From assembly GCF_006345805.1 (NCBI RefSeq), contig NC_043007.1, forward strand, positions 68,138,001-68,202,000: DNA of 64,000 nt, read 5' to 3'. A program made the position numbers and the translations under genes. Source of the DNA: Octopus sinensis. Its lineage: Eukaryota. The notes beneath the pieces were generated by a model, which was not told the DNA's origin, did not search any database, and saw only the letters and a program-made list of their open reading frames with translations. Positions 22,306-38,124 of the stretch are shown piece by piece (positions within the stretch are counted from its first letter, which is position 1; each line of letters opens with the position of its first letter).

Positions 22306-24333
22306 GCTCCAGTTAACTCAGCTGTAGAAATGAGTTGCGACATCACTGGTGCCAAGCTGTACCGGCCTTTGCCTTTCCCTTGGATAACATCAGTGGCGTG
22401 GAGAGGGGAGGTCGGTATGCATGGGGGACTGATGGTCTTCCATAAACAATCTTGCCCTGACTTGTACCTCGGAGGGCAACTGTCTAGGTGCAATCCCATG
22501 GTCATTCATGACCGAAGGGGGTCTCCTCCTATATATGAGCGTTATACTAATACATCTGTTTGTTTTGTATACCACCTGTCTTCGTCTTTTGTTTTTCTCG
22601 TAAACTCTCCCTATATATATATATATATATATACACTGTGCCACGCTGAATCTCCCCGAGTACACGTGTTTATGGAGTGCTCAGCCACTTGCACGTTAAT
22701 TTCACGAGCAAGCTGTTCCGTTGATCGTATCAGCTGCTCCTATATATATTTATATATATATCTTTTATCTTATATTTGTTTCAGTCATTAGACTGCAGTC
22801 ACACTGGGGGCCGAATGTGCTTATTTATTTAAAGCCTGGTGCTTATTTTACCGGAATCTTTTCCCGAATCGCTAGTTTATGTGGACGTAACGCATCAATA
22901 CCAAATATCATGCCTTTTTTCATGCCTTTTTTTTTCATGCAACAGTCTTATACCATTTGGGGGATAAACAGGCATAAAGATGCACACATACAGTTTCTTA
23001 TAGCTTCTTACAGTTTCCCTCTGCCAAATCCACTCACAAGACTTTGGTCGGTTCGAGGCTATAGTGGGAGACACTTGCCCCAGGAGCCACGTTGTGGGAC
23101 TGAACTTGTAGTTGGGAAGCAGACTTTCTGCCACGCCTGCGTCTTTTACCATACAACCGTCTGTCTGTCTGTCTGTCTGTCTGTCTTTCTGTTTGTCTGA
23201 ATGATGTATGTATGCATAAGAAGATGAGCAGGCGCAACTGGTTGCTACTGTCTTGTGACATGGTGCCCGCTCACTAGATTCCCCGAGCTGACACGAAGTG
23301 CGCCCCTATGTTGACTGACGGTCTTCTGGAAAATGGGGCCTGGTGATCTCAGCTGCTTTCTGCTGCTTTACGTTTTCCTCTGTTTTCCAAGCCTTTCCAC
23401 TTAGTTTGGTCAAGAGACACTCAAATATATAACATCCATGCCTTTTTTTTAAGTAACAGTCTTATACTCTTTCTTTCGGCACCCTCAACTAAGGACAAGT
23501 CTGGTTCTTGTCTTATGATCTTCCGAGGTTATTAATATTTGCAAATATATCTTGACCCACTCTGATTATAACTCGCCTCTAATCTCACTTGCACTTAACA
23601 CCCAGTGGTTCTCTGATACAAAAGTGACGACCAATTACGGATCCAATTCGTTTTCAATATTCCTGACAGCAAGCCTTGTACTAATCTGCTCCAAGCATTT
23701 TGGCTTGTGTTTTAGTGGAGTCTTCATCCTGAAAGTACAGCAGACCCGAAAGATGTACCTTACACACCCTCTCAATCAAGAGAACATCTGGTATTTCCGG
23801 TAATGCGTCTTCTAATTGCTATTATTGATGACTGTTAGAAACCACGGCTAGCCTTGTTTAGTTTCGGAGAAGTTATTTTTCATTTTGCCCCCTTGAAAAA
23901 AACCTTATGAACTAAGCCTCTGTCTAGTTTAACACAATTCCCCCAGTTCTTTTTTTTTTTCTGGAAACTTTGTAAAGTCTAATATCTGTCTCTGTGTGAC
24001 GACATAGGCGAAACTGAGTCTCTTAACACAACCTGAACAGACATTATCTAACGTATTCGTCTGCGCACGAGGGTTGTTGTTGTTTGTACTATTTTTCAAA
24101 ATATTTGTTAAACTGTTCGGTAAAAGATACTCTTAGAATAAAAGACAGACTTAAAAGAAAATGAGTACTGGTGGCAGTTTGTTCGAGTAGAACTCTTCCA
24201 GGCTGTGCTACAGCATGACCGCAGTCAAAAATCTGGAATCAGCAAAAAAAATAAAAGTACAAAAGAATAGTGCGCAGTAACTAAATATCGGATGTCATTT
24301 TCCCTGTCATTTTGCCCATTCTTCCAAATACAG

Positions 24334-26828
24334 TATTTTGTTAATGATTTCTAGTTTAGACACAACAGAAACACATTTTAGATCCACAGATCAGAGTCGA
24401 TTATATCACTCTCAAGAACTTGACTGGTACTTATTTTGTCAACTTCAAAAAAAAAAAAAAAAAAAAAAAGACAAGATAAGAGAGTGCGATTTGAAGTGGT
24501 TAATATAAAGGAATGTATCGCGAAGAATTAGGATCAGCACTCTACCGCTTGATATTCCAAGAGGTTTAATTTAATCTGAACCAAAAGTAGAAAGAGTACA
24601 GCAGGGATCACCACCGCCCCTGCCGGAGCCTCGTGGAGCTTTAGGTGTCCAACGACAGATTTTGACCGGTCCTACTGCTTCAGTTGCTGAGTTGCATTTT
24701 TAAGGTATCTCATAGTACGACGGTAAAGTCTTTCTCATATACTCTTTACTCTTTTACTTGTTTCAGTCATTTGACTGCAGCTATACTGGAGCACCGCCCT
24801 TAGTCGAGCAAATCAACCCCAGGACTTATTCTTTGTAAGCCTAGTACTTATTCTATCGGTCTCTTTTGCCGAACCGCTAAGTTACGGGGACGTAAACACA
24901 CCAACATTGGGTTGTCAACGGATGTTGGAGGGACAAACACAGACACACACACATATACACACATATACATATATATATATATATACATATATACGACGGA
25001 CTTCTTTCAGTTTCCGTCTACCTAATCCACTCACAAGGCTTTGGTCGGCCCGAGGCTATAGTAGAAGACACTTGCCCAAGGTGCCACGCAGTGGAAATGA
25101 ACCCGGAACCATGTGGTTGGTAAGCAAGCTACTTACCACACAGCCACTCTTGCAGAAATTGTTAGCCGTATCCGAATTCAGTGAAATACCTAGAATAGAT
25201 GCAGCTTATATAGCTAAGGAAAATGTGCAGAAACCCCCTTCGTCTCACATTTTATTTTCTCTGTTTCTGTTAAGAAATGAGAAAGACCCCATACGCCTCG
25301 TTGGAATCGGACCACTACGCCACCCATTTTGTTTTTTTTTCCCCTTTTAAAGAGCATATTGAAGCTTTCATCTATGTAGCATCTATGATACTTAAAACCC
25401 TTGAATAGATTTTATATTCCTATGTTTTAATACAAAATATAGTCTTCAAGTTTAGCGTTGAAGTAAGGTCATGAACACCCCCATCACTCGTGGATGAAGT
25501 AATTTCCCTACGAGCATATTGTAGTCTTTACTCTAAGTGCCATTCTATTTTGTTAATGATTTCTAGTTTAGACACAGCAGAAACACATTTTAGATCCACA
25601 GATCAGAGTCGATTATATCACTCTCAAGAACTTGACTGGTACTTATTTTGTCAACTTCAAAAAAAAAAAAAAAAAAAAAGACAAGATAAGAGAGTGCGAT
25701 TTGAAGTGGTTAATATAAAGGAATGTATCGCGAAGAATTAGGATCAGCACTCTACCGCTTGATATTCCAAGAAGTTTAATTTAATCTGAACCAAAAGTAG
25801 AAAGAGTACAGCAGGGATCACCACCGCCCCTGCCGGAGCCTCGTGGAGCTTTAGGTGTCCAACGACACATTTTGACCGGTCCTACTGCTTCAGTTGCTGA
25901 GTTGCAAGTCCTAAACTTATTCTGGTTAATTCGTGCTGTCGATCGTATTCTAGATTGGTTAAAATTACTTCGATTTTTAAGATATCTCATAGTACGACGG
26001 TAAAGTCTTTCTCATATACTCTTTACTCTTTTACTTGTTTCAGTCATTTGACTGCAGCTATACTGGAGCACCGCCCTTAGTCGAGCAAATCAACCCAGGA
26101 CTTATTCTTTGTAAGCCTAGTACTTATTCTATCGGTCTCTTTTGCCGAACCGCTAAGTTACGGGGACGTAAACACACAAAACATTGGGTGTCTCAACGGA
26201 TGTTGGGGGACAAACACAGACACACAAACATATACACACATATACATATATATATATATACATATATACGACGGACTTCTTTCAGTTTCCGTCTACCTAA
26301 TCCACTCACAAGGCTTTGGTCGGCCCGAGGCTATAGTAGAAGACACTTGCCCAAGGTGCCACGCAGTGGAAATGAACCCGGAACCATGTGGTTGGTAAGC
26401 AAGCTACTTACCACACAGCCACTCTTGCAGAAATTGTTTAGCCGTATCCGAATTTCAGTGAAATACCTAGAATAGATGCAGCTTATATAGCTAAGGAAAA
26501 TGTGCAGAAACCACCTTTCGTCTCACATTTTATTTTCTCTGTTGTCTGTTAAGAAATGAGAAAGACTCCATACGCCTGTTTGGAATCGGACACTACGCAC
26601 CCATTTTGTTTTTTTTTCCCCTTTTAAAGAGCATATTGAAGCTTTCATCCATGTAGCATCTATGATACTTAAAACCCTTGAATAGATTTTATATTCCTAT
26701 GTTTTAATACAAAAAGTATAGTCTTCAAGTTTAGCGTTGAAGTAAAGGTCAATGAACACCCCCATCACTCGTGGATGAAGTAATTTCCCTACGAGCATAT
26801 TGTAGTCTTTACTCTAAGTGCCATTCTA
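24334..26828. repeat. Direct tandem duplication (1212-bp and ~1283-bp copies)
   Basis: tattttgttaatgatttctagtttagacac at 24334 and 25546; both copies end in ctctaagtgccattcta. Confidence 0.9.
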
Positions 26829-27046
26829 ATTTCCATTTTACCTCTCCACCCCCAAACACGTTTCTTCCCTTGAAAATTTCCTTTTAACAAGTTCAGTAAT
26901 AATATCACAATAGGATTTCTTCATCGGAAATGATGATTTTTGCTTCCAGTTAATTAGTTTCTGTGAAGTCATATTTAAGTTAATTATAGAGATTACATTC
27001 TTTAGAGCTCTGTTGGCAACCACTAGAAACTAGGGATACGCTACAT

Positions 27047-27339
27047 CAATGGATTCCTTCAACTACAATATCATTCTGGTGGACCCCACAACCATTCAAT
27101 GTTTAGAAACTAATTTTATAGATATTTCTTACAAAAATTCATAATTTGTTATTCACACATTTACTTGTATAGGTTGAAAAATGTAAAATGTAAGAGAAAG
27201 AAACCTAGCCGTTTCTTGCAAAATACATTTAAATCAAAACTTTTTATAGACCCTTAAAATACTACTGTGGGTCCCTGATTTACTATTCTGTTAGCATGGA
27301 CTCCAAACATCTTCTACGGACCCTAGTTGAAAACCACTG
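27047..27339 (-). mobile_element. Non-autonomous hAT MITE
   Basis: End gttgaaaaccactg, other end caatggattccttcaac, 8-bp TSD cgctacat/ctctacat; related to 246-493. Confidence 0.6.
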
Positions 27340-28215
27340 CTCTACATCATCCCTATCCACAACGAATAAGAATATTTAAATACAAGCAAGACAATCTGGT
27401 GTATTCCTAAGACAATGAAAACGTGAGAAAAATATAAAACTTCTACATTCTCCCTAAATATCAATTTCTCACGCATGTGTATGTAAATTGCCAGTCTAGT
27501 TCCCTACCAACATTTATGAGTATCAACAGCCAGCTAATTGTTTCTTACTCACGTCCAAGGCCACAAAACTGCTATGTGGATTCAGAAATATCGACCTTAG
27601 GTTAAGGAATAAAAACTTTCTGAAACAACAGTCACAACGAAAGGGATACCCATAGACTCATAAATCTCGTAGAATTAAAACAAATTCATGCATAATGGAA
27701 ACCCGGGTATCACTGGTATACACATCACGTAACAGATTATTCAATGCTAACGATGAATACAAAGTCAAACTATTACTGTACTGAATACCTTGGTGTATTA
27801 ACTTTGGTTCGAAATATCTCGGGATGTTCCTCTCATTTAAATAACCATAAAACACAGCGATCAAAGCCATATGTATCATATTTCTAAACCTCAGTAAACC
27901 CATGGCTGGTTTTAAAAGTTGGGCTACTTCCAGAGCTCACAAACGTGGGGAAAGCTAAGGAGTTTATTACCTGTCTCCGAAAAATATCTGCATATTTTTC
28001 TGGAGTGTTGGAAATGCTTTAACCAACAAAAAATCTTCAGGTATTTTTTGATAGAGATATTTTCATTCTTTCCTTTAAATGTGCGATGAGATCTTTTTTT
28101 ACTGTTCATTAGCTCTTTCACCTACCTCGTCTTAATTTCTTTGTTCTTTGTTATAACGGTAATAAGTACGGTAGATAGTCAAACTGGTTTGATTATATAT
28201 ATACATATACACTCG

Positions 28216-28265
<50 letters not shown>

Positions 28266-28609
28266 TAAATAACCGACAGCAATTTGTCTGCTACAATTTG
28301 TCTTCAATGATAAAAATATTGATTTGTAACAGGAAAAAAATCCCACAAATTTTGAGAGTGAAGGGAAGGTGTACTCGACTGTATCAACTCAAGTCCAGTC
28401 CTTAACTGGTACTTTATTTCATCAATTTGGAACGAATGAGAAGCAAAGCTGACCTCGGCGGAATTTGAATTCAAAATTTAAAGAGCCGGAATAACTATTA
28501 TTTAGGATTTTGTCCCACGCACAAATGATTCAGCCTGCTCACAAGTGTAATAATAATGATAATAACAACAACAACAACACCAACAATAATGATGATTTTT
28601 TCTACTGGA

Positions 28610-28982
28610 AGCACAAGGCCTTAAATTTGAGGGAAGGGATTAAGTCGATTACATCGAAACCAGTGCGTAACTGGTACTTATTTAATCGACCCCGAAAGGA
28701 TGAAAGGCAAAGTTGACCTCGGTGGAATTTGAACTCAGAACGTAAAGACAGACGAAATACCTATTTCTTTACTACCCACAAGGGGCTAAACATAGAGAAG
28801 ACAAACAAGGACAGAAAAACGGATTAAGTCGATTATATCGACCCCAGTGCGTAACTGGTACTTATTTAATCGACCCCGAAAGGATGAAAGACAAAGTCGA
28901 CCTCGGCGGAATTTGAACTCTGAACGTAGCGGCAGACGAAATACCGCTAAGTATTTCGCTCGGCGTGCCAACGATTCTGCTA
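28610..28982 (-). mobile_element. Dimeric family A SINE
   Basis: Two body modules at ~28725 and ~28910. Confidence 0.7.
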
Positions 28983-28984
28983 GC

Positions 28985-29034
<50 letters not shown>

Positions 29035-29214
29035 TAATAATAGTAATAGTAATAGTAATAGTAATAGTAATAGTAATAATAGTAATAGTAATAGTAATAA
29101 TAATAGTAATAATAGTAATAGTAATAGTAATAGTAATAGTAATAAATAGTAATAGTAATAGTAATAGTAATAATAACAATAATAATAATAATAATAATTA
29201 ATAATAATAATAAC

Positions 29215-29281
<67 letters not shown>

Positions 29282-29295
29282 GTAATAATAATAAG
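28985..29295. repeat. (AAT)n/(AGTAAT)n compound microsatellite
   Basis: Direct read. Confidence 0.95.
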
Positions 29296-29997
29296 GATAA
29301 TAATCAAAGGGGTTCATAGGGAAAAAGTGGTGGAGAATCATTGGTTTAGTCGAATAAGTCGACCTGAGTACTTTCGCGTGTATCCTTTTTTCAGGAACAG
29401 CTTGATGTATTGGTGAAAGGTCAAATTACCACGAAGTAGGGCTGAACCTAGAACTAAATGATTCGTAAGCAAGTTTCTTAACCGCTCAACGGTGCCTGTG
29501 CTTAATAATAATAATAATAACAATAATAGGTATAAAAAATGGGCTACAGCAAATATTCTGCTCAATACCACAGATTTGCTTGTCAGTTGTTTGACCTTAA
29601 CCAGTTGAGCATGTCCCTTAGTGGCTGACGATATGTGCATCTCTGATCACGAGCAGAAGTAGTGGGGGAGCATCATAGCCATGTGTTGAGAGGGACTCTT
29701 TGGGGTTTGAATAATTCACCTCTGGAAACATGGGTGGTTTTTTCAACATCCTTAAACAACCCTTATTCAGGGACCTTTTGAGCGGGATGGGCTACTCAAC
29801 CTGAAGAAAATTCTAACTGGGCCCCACCTGCAAGGTCATGTGCTGTTATCTTGATATGAGATCACTATGTCGCGCACATTTGGTTGTGATGCATGTGCCT
29901 GGTGTACCCTTATCAGACGGGTAGTCATGATGGGTATATTGGGCTTCGTATATTTTACCCCAGTGTCACTTTGGTGGCATGAACTGCTCTCTCACTC

Positions 29998-30050
<53 letters not shown>

Positions 30051-30975
30051 CAACAACAATAACAATAATAATAATAATGATAATAATGGTTTTAAATTTT
30101 GGCACAAGCTCAGCTATTTCGGGTGAGGAGTAAGCCTATTGCATCGACCCCAGTGCGTAACTGGTACTTATCTTATCAACCCCGAAAAGATGAAAAAGTA
30201 AAGTCGACCTCGATGGTATTTGAAACTCAGAATTTAACGAACCGTAATAAAAGGCTAAAGCCATACGACGCGATAAATAATGTCGGACAGTGACAAAAAA
30301 AAAAAAAAAAGAAACCAAAACAAAATTCTTAATGCAAAGTAAACATCTAAAATCTCAAAGATGTCAAGAATGCTAATATCTCAGAACATTGACTGAAAAA
30401 GAACAACCATTATACACAGAAGGAAAAAATATAAAAAAAAAAAGGAAAAAGGGAATCAGAAAATGCAGCCGAGAAGTAGTTTAATGTCTCAGTAACGGCC
30501 ACACTACATGGAGGTTTTAAAATTTACTGTTATTATAGTTATAACAGAGAATAAAGCTACAACGAGGATCTTATTGTAATAAAGTCAGCCATATTGGTGG
30601 TGATTGGACGCGATCTGCTCGTTGTTTTTGGTTGTTGGTTTTCTAACGTGTTTTTGTTATATGTTTTGTATTTAATGTTTGCTGTCCAACACTATAGAGA
30701 GAAACAGAGACAGACATGCGCATTCCACATTCTCCATGCAAAAATGACCAAATGCGTACACTGTTTTACAGATATACATTGAAATACAGACACAGACACA
30801 CACACACCTACACACAAACACACTCATACACAAACTCACACACAAACAAACAGATAAACACACACTGGCACAGACACAGACACACAGATACAAATGCAAA
30901 CACTGATACAGACACAAACACTCATACACTACAGAGTAAGAGAGAGAGAGAGAGAAAGAAAGAGAGAGAGAGAGA

Positions 30976-31063
<88 letters not shown>

Positions 31064-31344
31064 AAGAAGAAGAAGGGAAAGAGAAAGGAAGAACTACACA
31101 CAGAAAGGTATGTATACATACAAAAATACATATAGGTTACATAGATACACACCTCTCATAAAACACTAACAAACATGGGCGTATGTGCATATGTAAAAAA
31201 CATACATAAATGCACTCTTTCACAGAAACTTACATCCATATACATATACACATTCAAACACACAACACAGACACACAAACATACACATGCATAATGCACA
31301 CAAATACCCTGACAAACATACATGCATATTCATATGTACAAACA

Positions 31345-31765
31345 TACATACTCACACACATACATACATACATACATACATACATACATACATACATACA
31401 TACACATACATACATACATACATACATACATACATACATACACACATACATACATACATACATACATACTCACACACATACATACATACATACATACATA
31501 CATACATACATACATACATACATACATACACACATACACACATACATACATACATACATACATACTCACACACATACATACATACCATACATACATACAT
31601 ACATACATACATACATAATACATACATACATACTACATACATACATACAACACTACACACATACATACATACATACATACATACTCCACACATACATACA
31701 TACATACATACATACATACATACATACATACATACATACATACATACATACATACATACATACAG
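31345..31765. repeat. Long (TACA)n microsatellite
   Basis: Direct read. Confidence 0.95.
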
Positions 31766-31839
31766 AGATACACACTCCCGTAGAATCACATATATTCATA
31801 CACACACACACACACAATATACACAGAAAGTAGCACATA

Positions 31840-32257
31840 GGCGTAGGAGTGGCTGTGTGATAAGTATCTTGCATAAGAACCACATGGTTCCGGGTTCAGT
31901 CACACTGCGTAGCACCTTGGGCAAGTGTCTTCTACTTAGCTTCGGGTCGACCAAAGCCTTTTGAGTGAATCTGGTAGACGGAAACTGAAAGAAGCCTGTC
32001 GTATATATGTATATATATATATGTGTGTGTGTGTGTGTTTGTGTGTCTGTGTTTGTAACCTGAACATCGCTTGATAACCGATGCTAGTGTGTTTACCTCC
32101 CCGTAACTTAGCAGTTCGGCAAAAGAGACCGATAGAATAAGTACTAGGCTTACAAAGAATAAGTCCTAGGGTCGATTTGCTCGGCTAAAGGCGGTGCTCC
32201 AGCATGGCCACAGTCAAATGACTGAAACAAGTAAAAGAGAGGAAAAGAGTAAAGAGT
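31840..32257 (+). mobile_element. SINE family B, full length
   Basis: Head ggcgtaggagtggctgtgtg...ggttccgggttcagtc, internal TA/TG tract, tail gactgaaacaagtaaaag. Confidence 0.85.
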
Positions 32258-32323
32258 ATAAAGCTTTATATGTATACATACAAGCATACGTATATATAAT
32301 CGCACACAGACACAGAAACACAT

Positions 32324-32357
<34 letters not shown>

Positions 32358-33258
32358 CGCATAATATACGGACAAATAGAAGCGTATATGAATATGTAGA
32401 AAAATGTATACACACTCGTACATACATATATACAAGTATACATACACACATTCACACACACGCACTACATACACCCATAGAAACTACACGCACACTATGA
32501 CATGCTTATACACACTACACACAGACTAACACACAAAATATTTGCATGCATATACAAGCATACATACATATAAGCACAGACACTCACAAACACATCGCAT
32601 GAGCCCATACTAAAAAACCACGCATATATGCTCGTAAAAATTTGACAAACATACATACTCGCACTCACGTACATACATCTACGCATACACATTCACACAC
32701 AACACTAACATGCTTCCATGCTTCCATGCTGACACGCATATAGCGAAAACGAAAATAAAAATAATACGAGATGACAGGTTAAGTCTACTCTCAAATTTAT
32801 GAGTTTGAAGGCCAGCGAAATGGAAAGAGTAAATTTATATAGCGTTTCGGAAGTTGTCCTTTTTCGAATCAGAGAGTAGAGTGGAAAGAAAGGAGAAGAA
32901 AAAACGATGAGAAATATATACATACATACATACATACAAACATACGCACACTCACACACACGCGCGGTCGCGCACACACATACAGACGCGCACGTACGCA
33001 CACACATGTACACGCATGTGCACACACACACACACAGTATACATACATACGTACACATCGTGTTTGATTTTGTCATTGTCCTGTACGTTAGTTAGCTATT
33101 ACCAGTAGATTCGCCACTGGCGCCACCAAAAGTGAACAATATCAGTGTGAAAGGGGCGAAATGAGTAATTAGCTACGAATTTTCTGGTATGTTTTTGTAA
33201 AATGTTCCGTTTGCTGTGTTTTTGATAAATTTTTGATATACATGTATATGTATATATA

Positions 33259-33308
<50 letters not shown>

Positions 33309-33530
33309 AACAGTAGATGTACAGGTGTCAATCCATTACGGCCGTTTCTGATGAATCCTTTTATTGATTAATGAAAACATTACGTCATTGTAAAGAAGCC
33401 GTTTTCGTCAAATTGATTCATGAACGTCAAAATAAACGGTATCTTTACAATGATGTAATATTTTTTCATTATCAATTAAAGTAGTCGTTAGAAACGGCCG
33501 TAATGGATTGCCACATGTAACTTTACTGTT
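33309..33530. mobile_element. Fold-back MITE-like element
   Basis: caatccattacggccgtttct / agaaacggccgtaatggattg arms; interior also self-complementary. Confidence 0.7.
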
Positions 33531-33805
33531 AATCATTTATATTTTATTCACCTGTCTCGGAATCTGCCCATCGTAAATGTTATGGACCATATATTTAATA
33601 TAATGTACATGTCTGAATAGCTCAAGAGCAGATTTCTTCACTCATCTGGGTCTAATTGTCTACACACACTGCAAGAATATCATTCGGCCAGTACTTATGT
33701 ACCAAGTTTGATATTTACACAATATTTTTGTGTGTGTATGTTATTTCGACTTATGTACATGCATACATGCATACATAAATACATAATACATACATACATA
33801 CATAC

Positions 33806-33844
<39 letters not shown>

Positions 33845-33931
33845 GATACATAATCTATATCTATATATGTATGTATGTATGTATCTATCTATCGATATAT
33901 ATATATACATACATTATATAATATTATATAT

Positions 33932-33978
<47 letters not shown>

Positions 33979-34065
33979 CATTATTATATATATATATAGA
34001 TACATATCTATATCTATATATGTATGTATGTATGTATCTATCTATCGATATATATATATACATAC

Positions 34066-34147
<82 letters not shown>

Positions 34148-35468
34148 AGATGAGTGTATTTTCCCCTTGTTAACAATTAACACGGAAAAAATAGATAGTC
34201 ACTAGTGTAGCAAAAAATCACACAAGAGGTTGTAACTCCTTGTTTTTAAAGGTAGAAACTTCGGGTTTACGTGGAATTTTTGTATACTATATAAGTAAAT
34301 AAATGGAGTTTAACGCAAGTATAAATCGAATACTTTTATTTCGACACATGTCTCGAAGATTTCACTGACTATTATTCAAAAGACTAAATGGTATAAAACA
34401 ATACAATCTTCTCTTCAGGGAAGTGAATAAACGAAACTCGTCAATAAGACATTTTAACAGAATCTGATAGATACGTATAGTTATTTACTAAACGCTATTA
34501 ATATTGTTTGAAATTGTTTGAAAAAACAATTGTTTAATAAAACGTTATATGATATAACGTCAGAAGTAGCCTATAGAAAGAGGAGAGATATTTATAGTGA
34601 ATGTTAAATATAAAAGAAAATTAATGTTTAAATTATATATAATGATAGAGATTAAATTTATGAACTAAAGGTGCGTTTTGCCAATGTCTACATCGGTATG
34701 CACGCTCTATAACCGTGTTTACTAGGGGATTTTTAGAAAAAATAATGAAAAATAGTTCAGAATTACAGAGAAGACAGAATTCTTTGCCTTTGTCATAAGG
34801 TATCGAGATTGAGAGAATCAACCATTCTAAATTAAATTGTTCATTGTGGCCTTTTAGAGTCCAAATTAATTTGCTGAGTCCAGTACTGTTACGTTTATTC
34901 CTATCCCAAAATATAGAGTAATGGACCGGTTTCTTTCAGTTTCTGTCTACTAAATCCAGTTACAAGGTTTTTTGATAAACCCGAGGTTATAGTAGAAGAC
35001 ACCTGCCTCAGGTGCCAGAACCCGCTATCGCAGTAGGACAGAACCCGGTATCATGTGTGGGCAAGCATCCTTCTTAACACACAACCACGCGGCAAACGGC
35101 ACCAGTCAACAAACGAGGAACAGCTTTCGGCTAGAATAAAAAAAGAACAATGCTATCCTTATCCTTTCTTCTCCCCCCTCTCTCCCCCTCTCTCTCTCTC
35201 ACTCTCTATGTATGTAATTAATACACAGACACATATGTATCTGTAATTTGTGTGTACGTGCGTATTTGTGTGCATGTGTATACGTGTGTGAATGCATTGT
35301 GCATACTTCCTATTGTGTGTTGTATGTGTGTTGTTTATATTTCTGCACATATATTCAAAGCACAACCACCACCACCACCACCACCATCACTGCAACCATC
35401 GTCTCCACCGCTACTTACCACAAGACGTCAATAACTATGTATGTGTGGGATGTGTGTGAAATCGTGAA

Positions 35469-35501
<33 letters not shown>

Positions 35502-35665
35502 ATGTACATATGCATGCATGCATGTATGTATATATGCATGCATGCATATATATATGTATGTATGCATGCATGCATATATGTATGTATGTATGTATGTATG
35601 ATGTATGTATGTATGTATGCATATATATCTTTATGTCTCTCTTTCTCTCTCTCTCTCTTTATATA

Positions 35666-35698
<33 letters not shown>

Positions 35699-36665
35699 CA
35701 CAAACAAATATATATATATATATGTATATGAATGTCTTTGAATCGGTAGCCGTGCATGTGAATGTTTGTGCGTGTATAAATGTGTTTTTGTGTGTGAGTG
35801 TGAACCTGTGTGTATGTGTGTGTGTTTGAATAAGTGTGTGTGTGTGTGTGTGTGTACATATGTGAGTGTGCTTATGTGTGTGTCTTTATGAATGGATCAT
35901 TAGAAAATGCAGAAAAGATTTCTTAAGCCATAATTCTCCAAAGGGAAGTCGTTTTGTAAACATCGTTTGTTTTAGGTTAGAATTTATTAGACAAATGTGA
36001 TCTCGTTACACAGTGAAGCTGTGACAGGAAAGAAGAGTTTATCGGGATTGTCCGTTCATTTATTCATTCCGTGATTCATTAAATTTAATCTATCATCCTT
36101 TATCCACTCATTCATCAACTCATTCATTTAGTCATCTCGACTATCGATTAAAATACCTTGAAAGAATCGATCTATGAATAGCTTATATTAGACGGCGCGA
36201 TGGCAGAATTGTTAGCACAACTGACAAAATGCTTATCTGTGTTTCTTCTGGCTTTACGTTCTGAGTTCAAATTCCGTCGAGATCGAATTAGCCTTTCCCG
36301 TTTTCGGGAAACAATAAAATAAGCCTCAGTTAAGTACTGGGATCGATACAATCGGCTAAACCTCGCCTTAAACATTTCAGGTCTTGTGCCTATTAGGATC
36401 GCTCATGGAATCTACATACATTTGAATTTATGATTTAAATTTATGATTTAATGTTGCTCAACATTAAAGCCTTCAGATTGACCCACAATACGGCCTCTTT
36501 GAAATTCGAACAGTTCCAAGGCTTGTTTTGAAAGTGGCATGATTAAACAGTCACATAGAACCTAAAACATAAAAAACGTCAATTAGCAAAAAACATAAAC
36601 TTTTCAAGTTAAAATAAACATAGAACGATATTTTATGGGGTATATATTTACTTCTGTCATGTCTG

Positions 36666-36720
<55 letters not shown>

Positions 36721-36728
<8 letters not shown>

Positions 36729-37070
36729 GCAAAGAAATTCCAACTCTGTCTGTTTTATTTATATTCTTTATAATATTAATATAGAATATAGAATATATAG
36801 TATAAATAATATATATATTGTAATATGAAATGAAGTATTGATTGTCTTATTGAATAGATGAAATATTGAATATAAAATATTAAGGGACTAGTACAGTTTC
36901 TTGCATTATAGCAGTCTTCAAGGTCCCAGATTGTGACAGGAGTGTTTCATTTTACTATATATATACTATATATATATTATTTATACTATATATTCTATAT
37001 TCTACATTAATATTATAAATAAAATAAATAAAACATAAAAAACAGAGTTGGAATTTCTTTGAATAATATA
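36721..37070. repeat. AT-rich inverted repeat, ~110-bp arms
   Basis: aaagaaattccaactctgt / acagagttggaatttcttt plus matching tatagaatatatagtataaataat blocks. Confidence 0.75.
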
Positions 37071-37099
37071 TATCCCTCTATACACAATCATACAAACCC

Positions 37100-37139
<40 letters not shown>

Positions 37140-38124
37140 CATATATATATATATACCCCCTCACCACTATCCACACCGCCCTTGCCAGAGCACGGTCGTG
37201 GACCGTGTATCTGCTCTCTCTCCCCGAACCCGCCTGTAGTCTCCCGCCTCCCTTTTCCCCTCACTTACCACCCCACGACCCTACGTCTCCAACGCCACCA
37301 TTCTTCGAGCTTTCCGTCATCTCCAGTCCGACCCGTCCACTTCACACCTCTTCCCTAACCGACCCCTCCCCTCTTTCAAACGAGCCCACAACCTTCGAGA
37401 CCTTTTGGTCCATAGCTCCTTCCCTGACCCTACCTCCCAACCCGGCTCGTTCCCCTGCTCCCGCCCACGTTGCCGCACTTGCCTTACCTCTCCAACACCA
37501 CCCTCCTCACTAGCACCCACCATCGACCCTATCCCATCATCCACTCCTTCACCTGAACCTCCAGCAATATTATCTATTGCGTCTCTTGCTCTCTCTGCCA
37601 TTCCTTGTACATCGGACAAACGGGACGCCGCTTGGCTGACCGGTTCGCGGAACACCTTCGTGACATCCACCTTGCGAACGACAACACCGGTCTCACGCCT
37701 TTCCGCTCCACCGGTCCTCCTTGCAACACCTATCTGTGTTCGGTTTGTCCTTACACAGAGGCCATCGGATTCCCGTTTGCGCCGTGAACAGGAATTAATC
37801 TTCTCTCTTCGCTCTTATATGCCATTTGGTCTCAACTCTCCCCCCTCCTCATCTAACCCCCCTCCCCCTCCTCACCTATCCTTCCCCCGACCCCTACTTC
37901 TTCAGTCCTTCATCCTTTCACCCCTACTCCCTTCCCTTCTTCCATCTTTCTCCCTCCCTCCTTCCCTCTTCCCCTTCCCTCTGCTCCCTCACTCCCCTCC
38001 CTTCTCCCTCCTCGCTCTACCCATCTCCCCCTCTTCTCCCCTCCCCCTCTTCTCCTCTCTCCACACTACACCACACGACTTTACACATCACATCATATAT
38101 GCGTGCCATACTAATACATACACC

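Noticed and set aside
24907-26475. Recurring ORF motif RLPNPLTRLWSARGYSRRHLPKVPRSG as a protein family
   Set aside because: It is the antisense translation of the family B SINE head, present wherever that SINE occurs.
26838-28121. Short minus-strand ORFs as exons or a transposase
   Set aside because: No recognisable motif or consistent splice signals.
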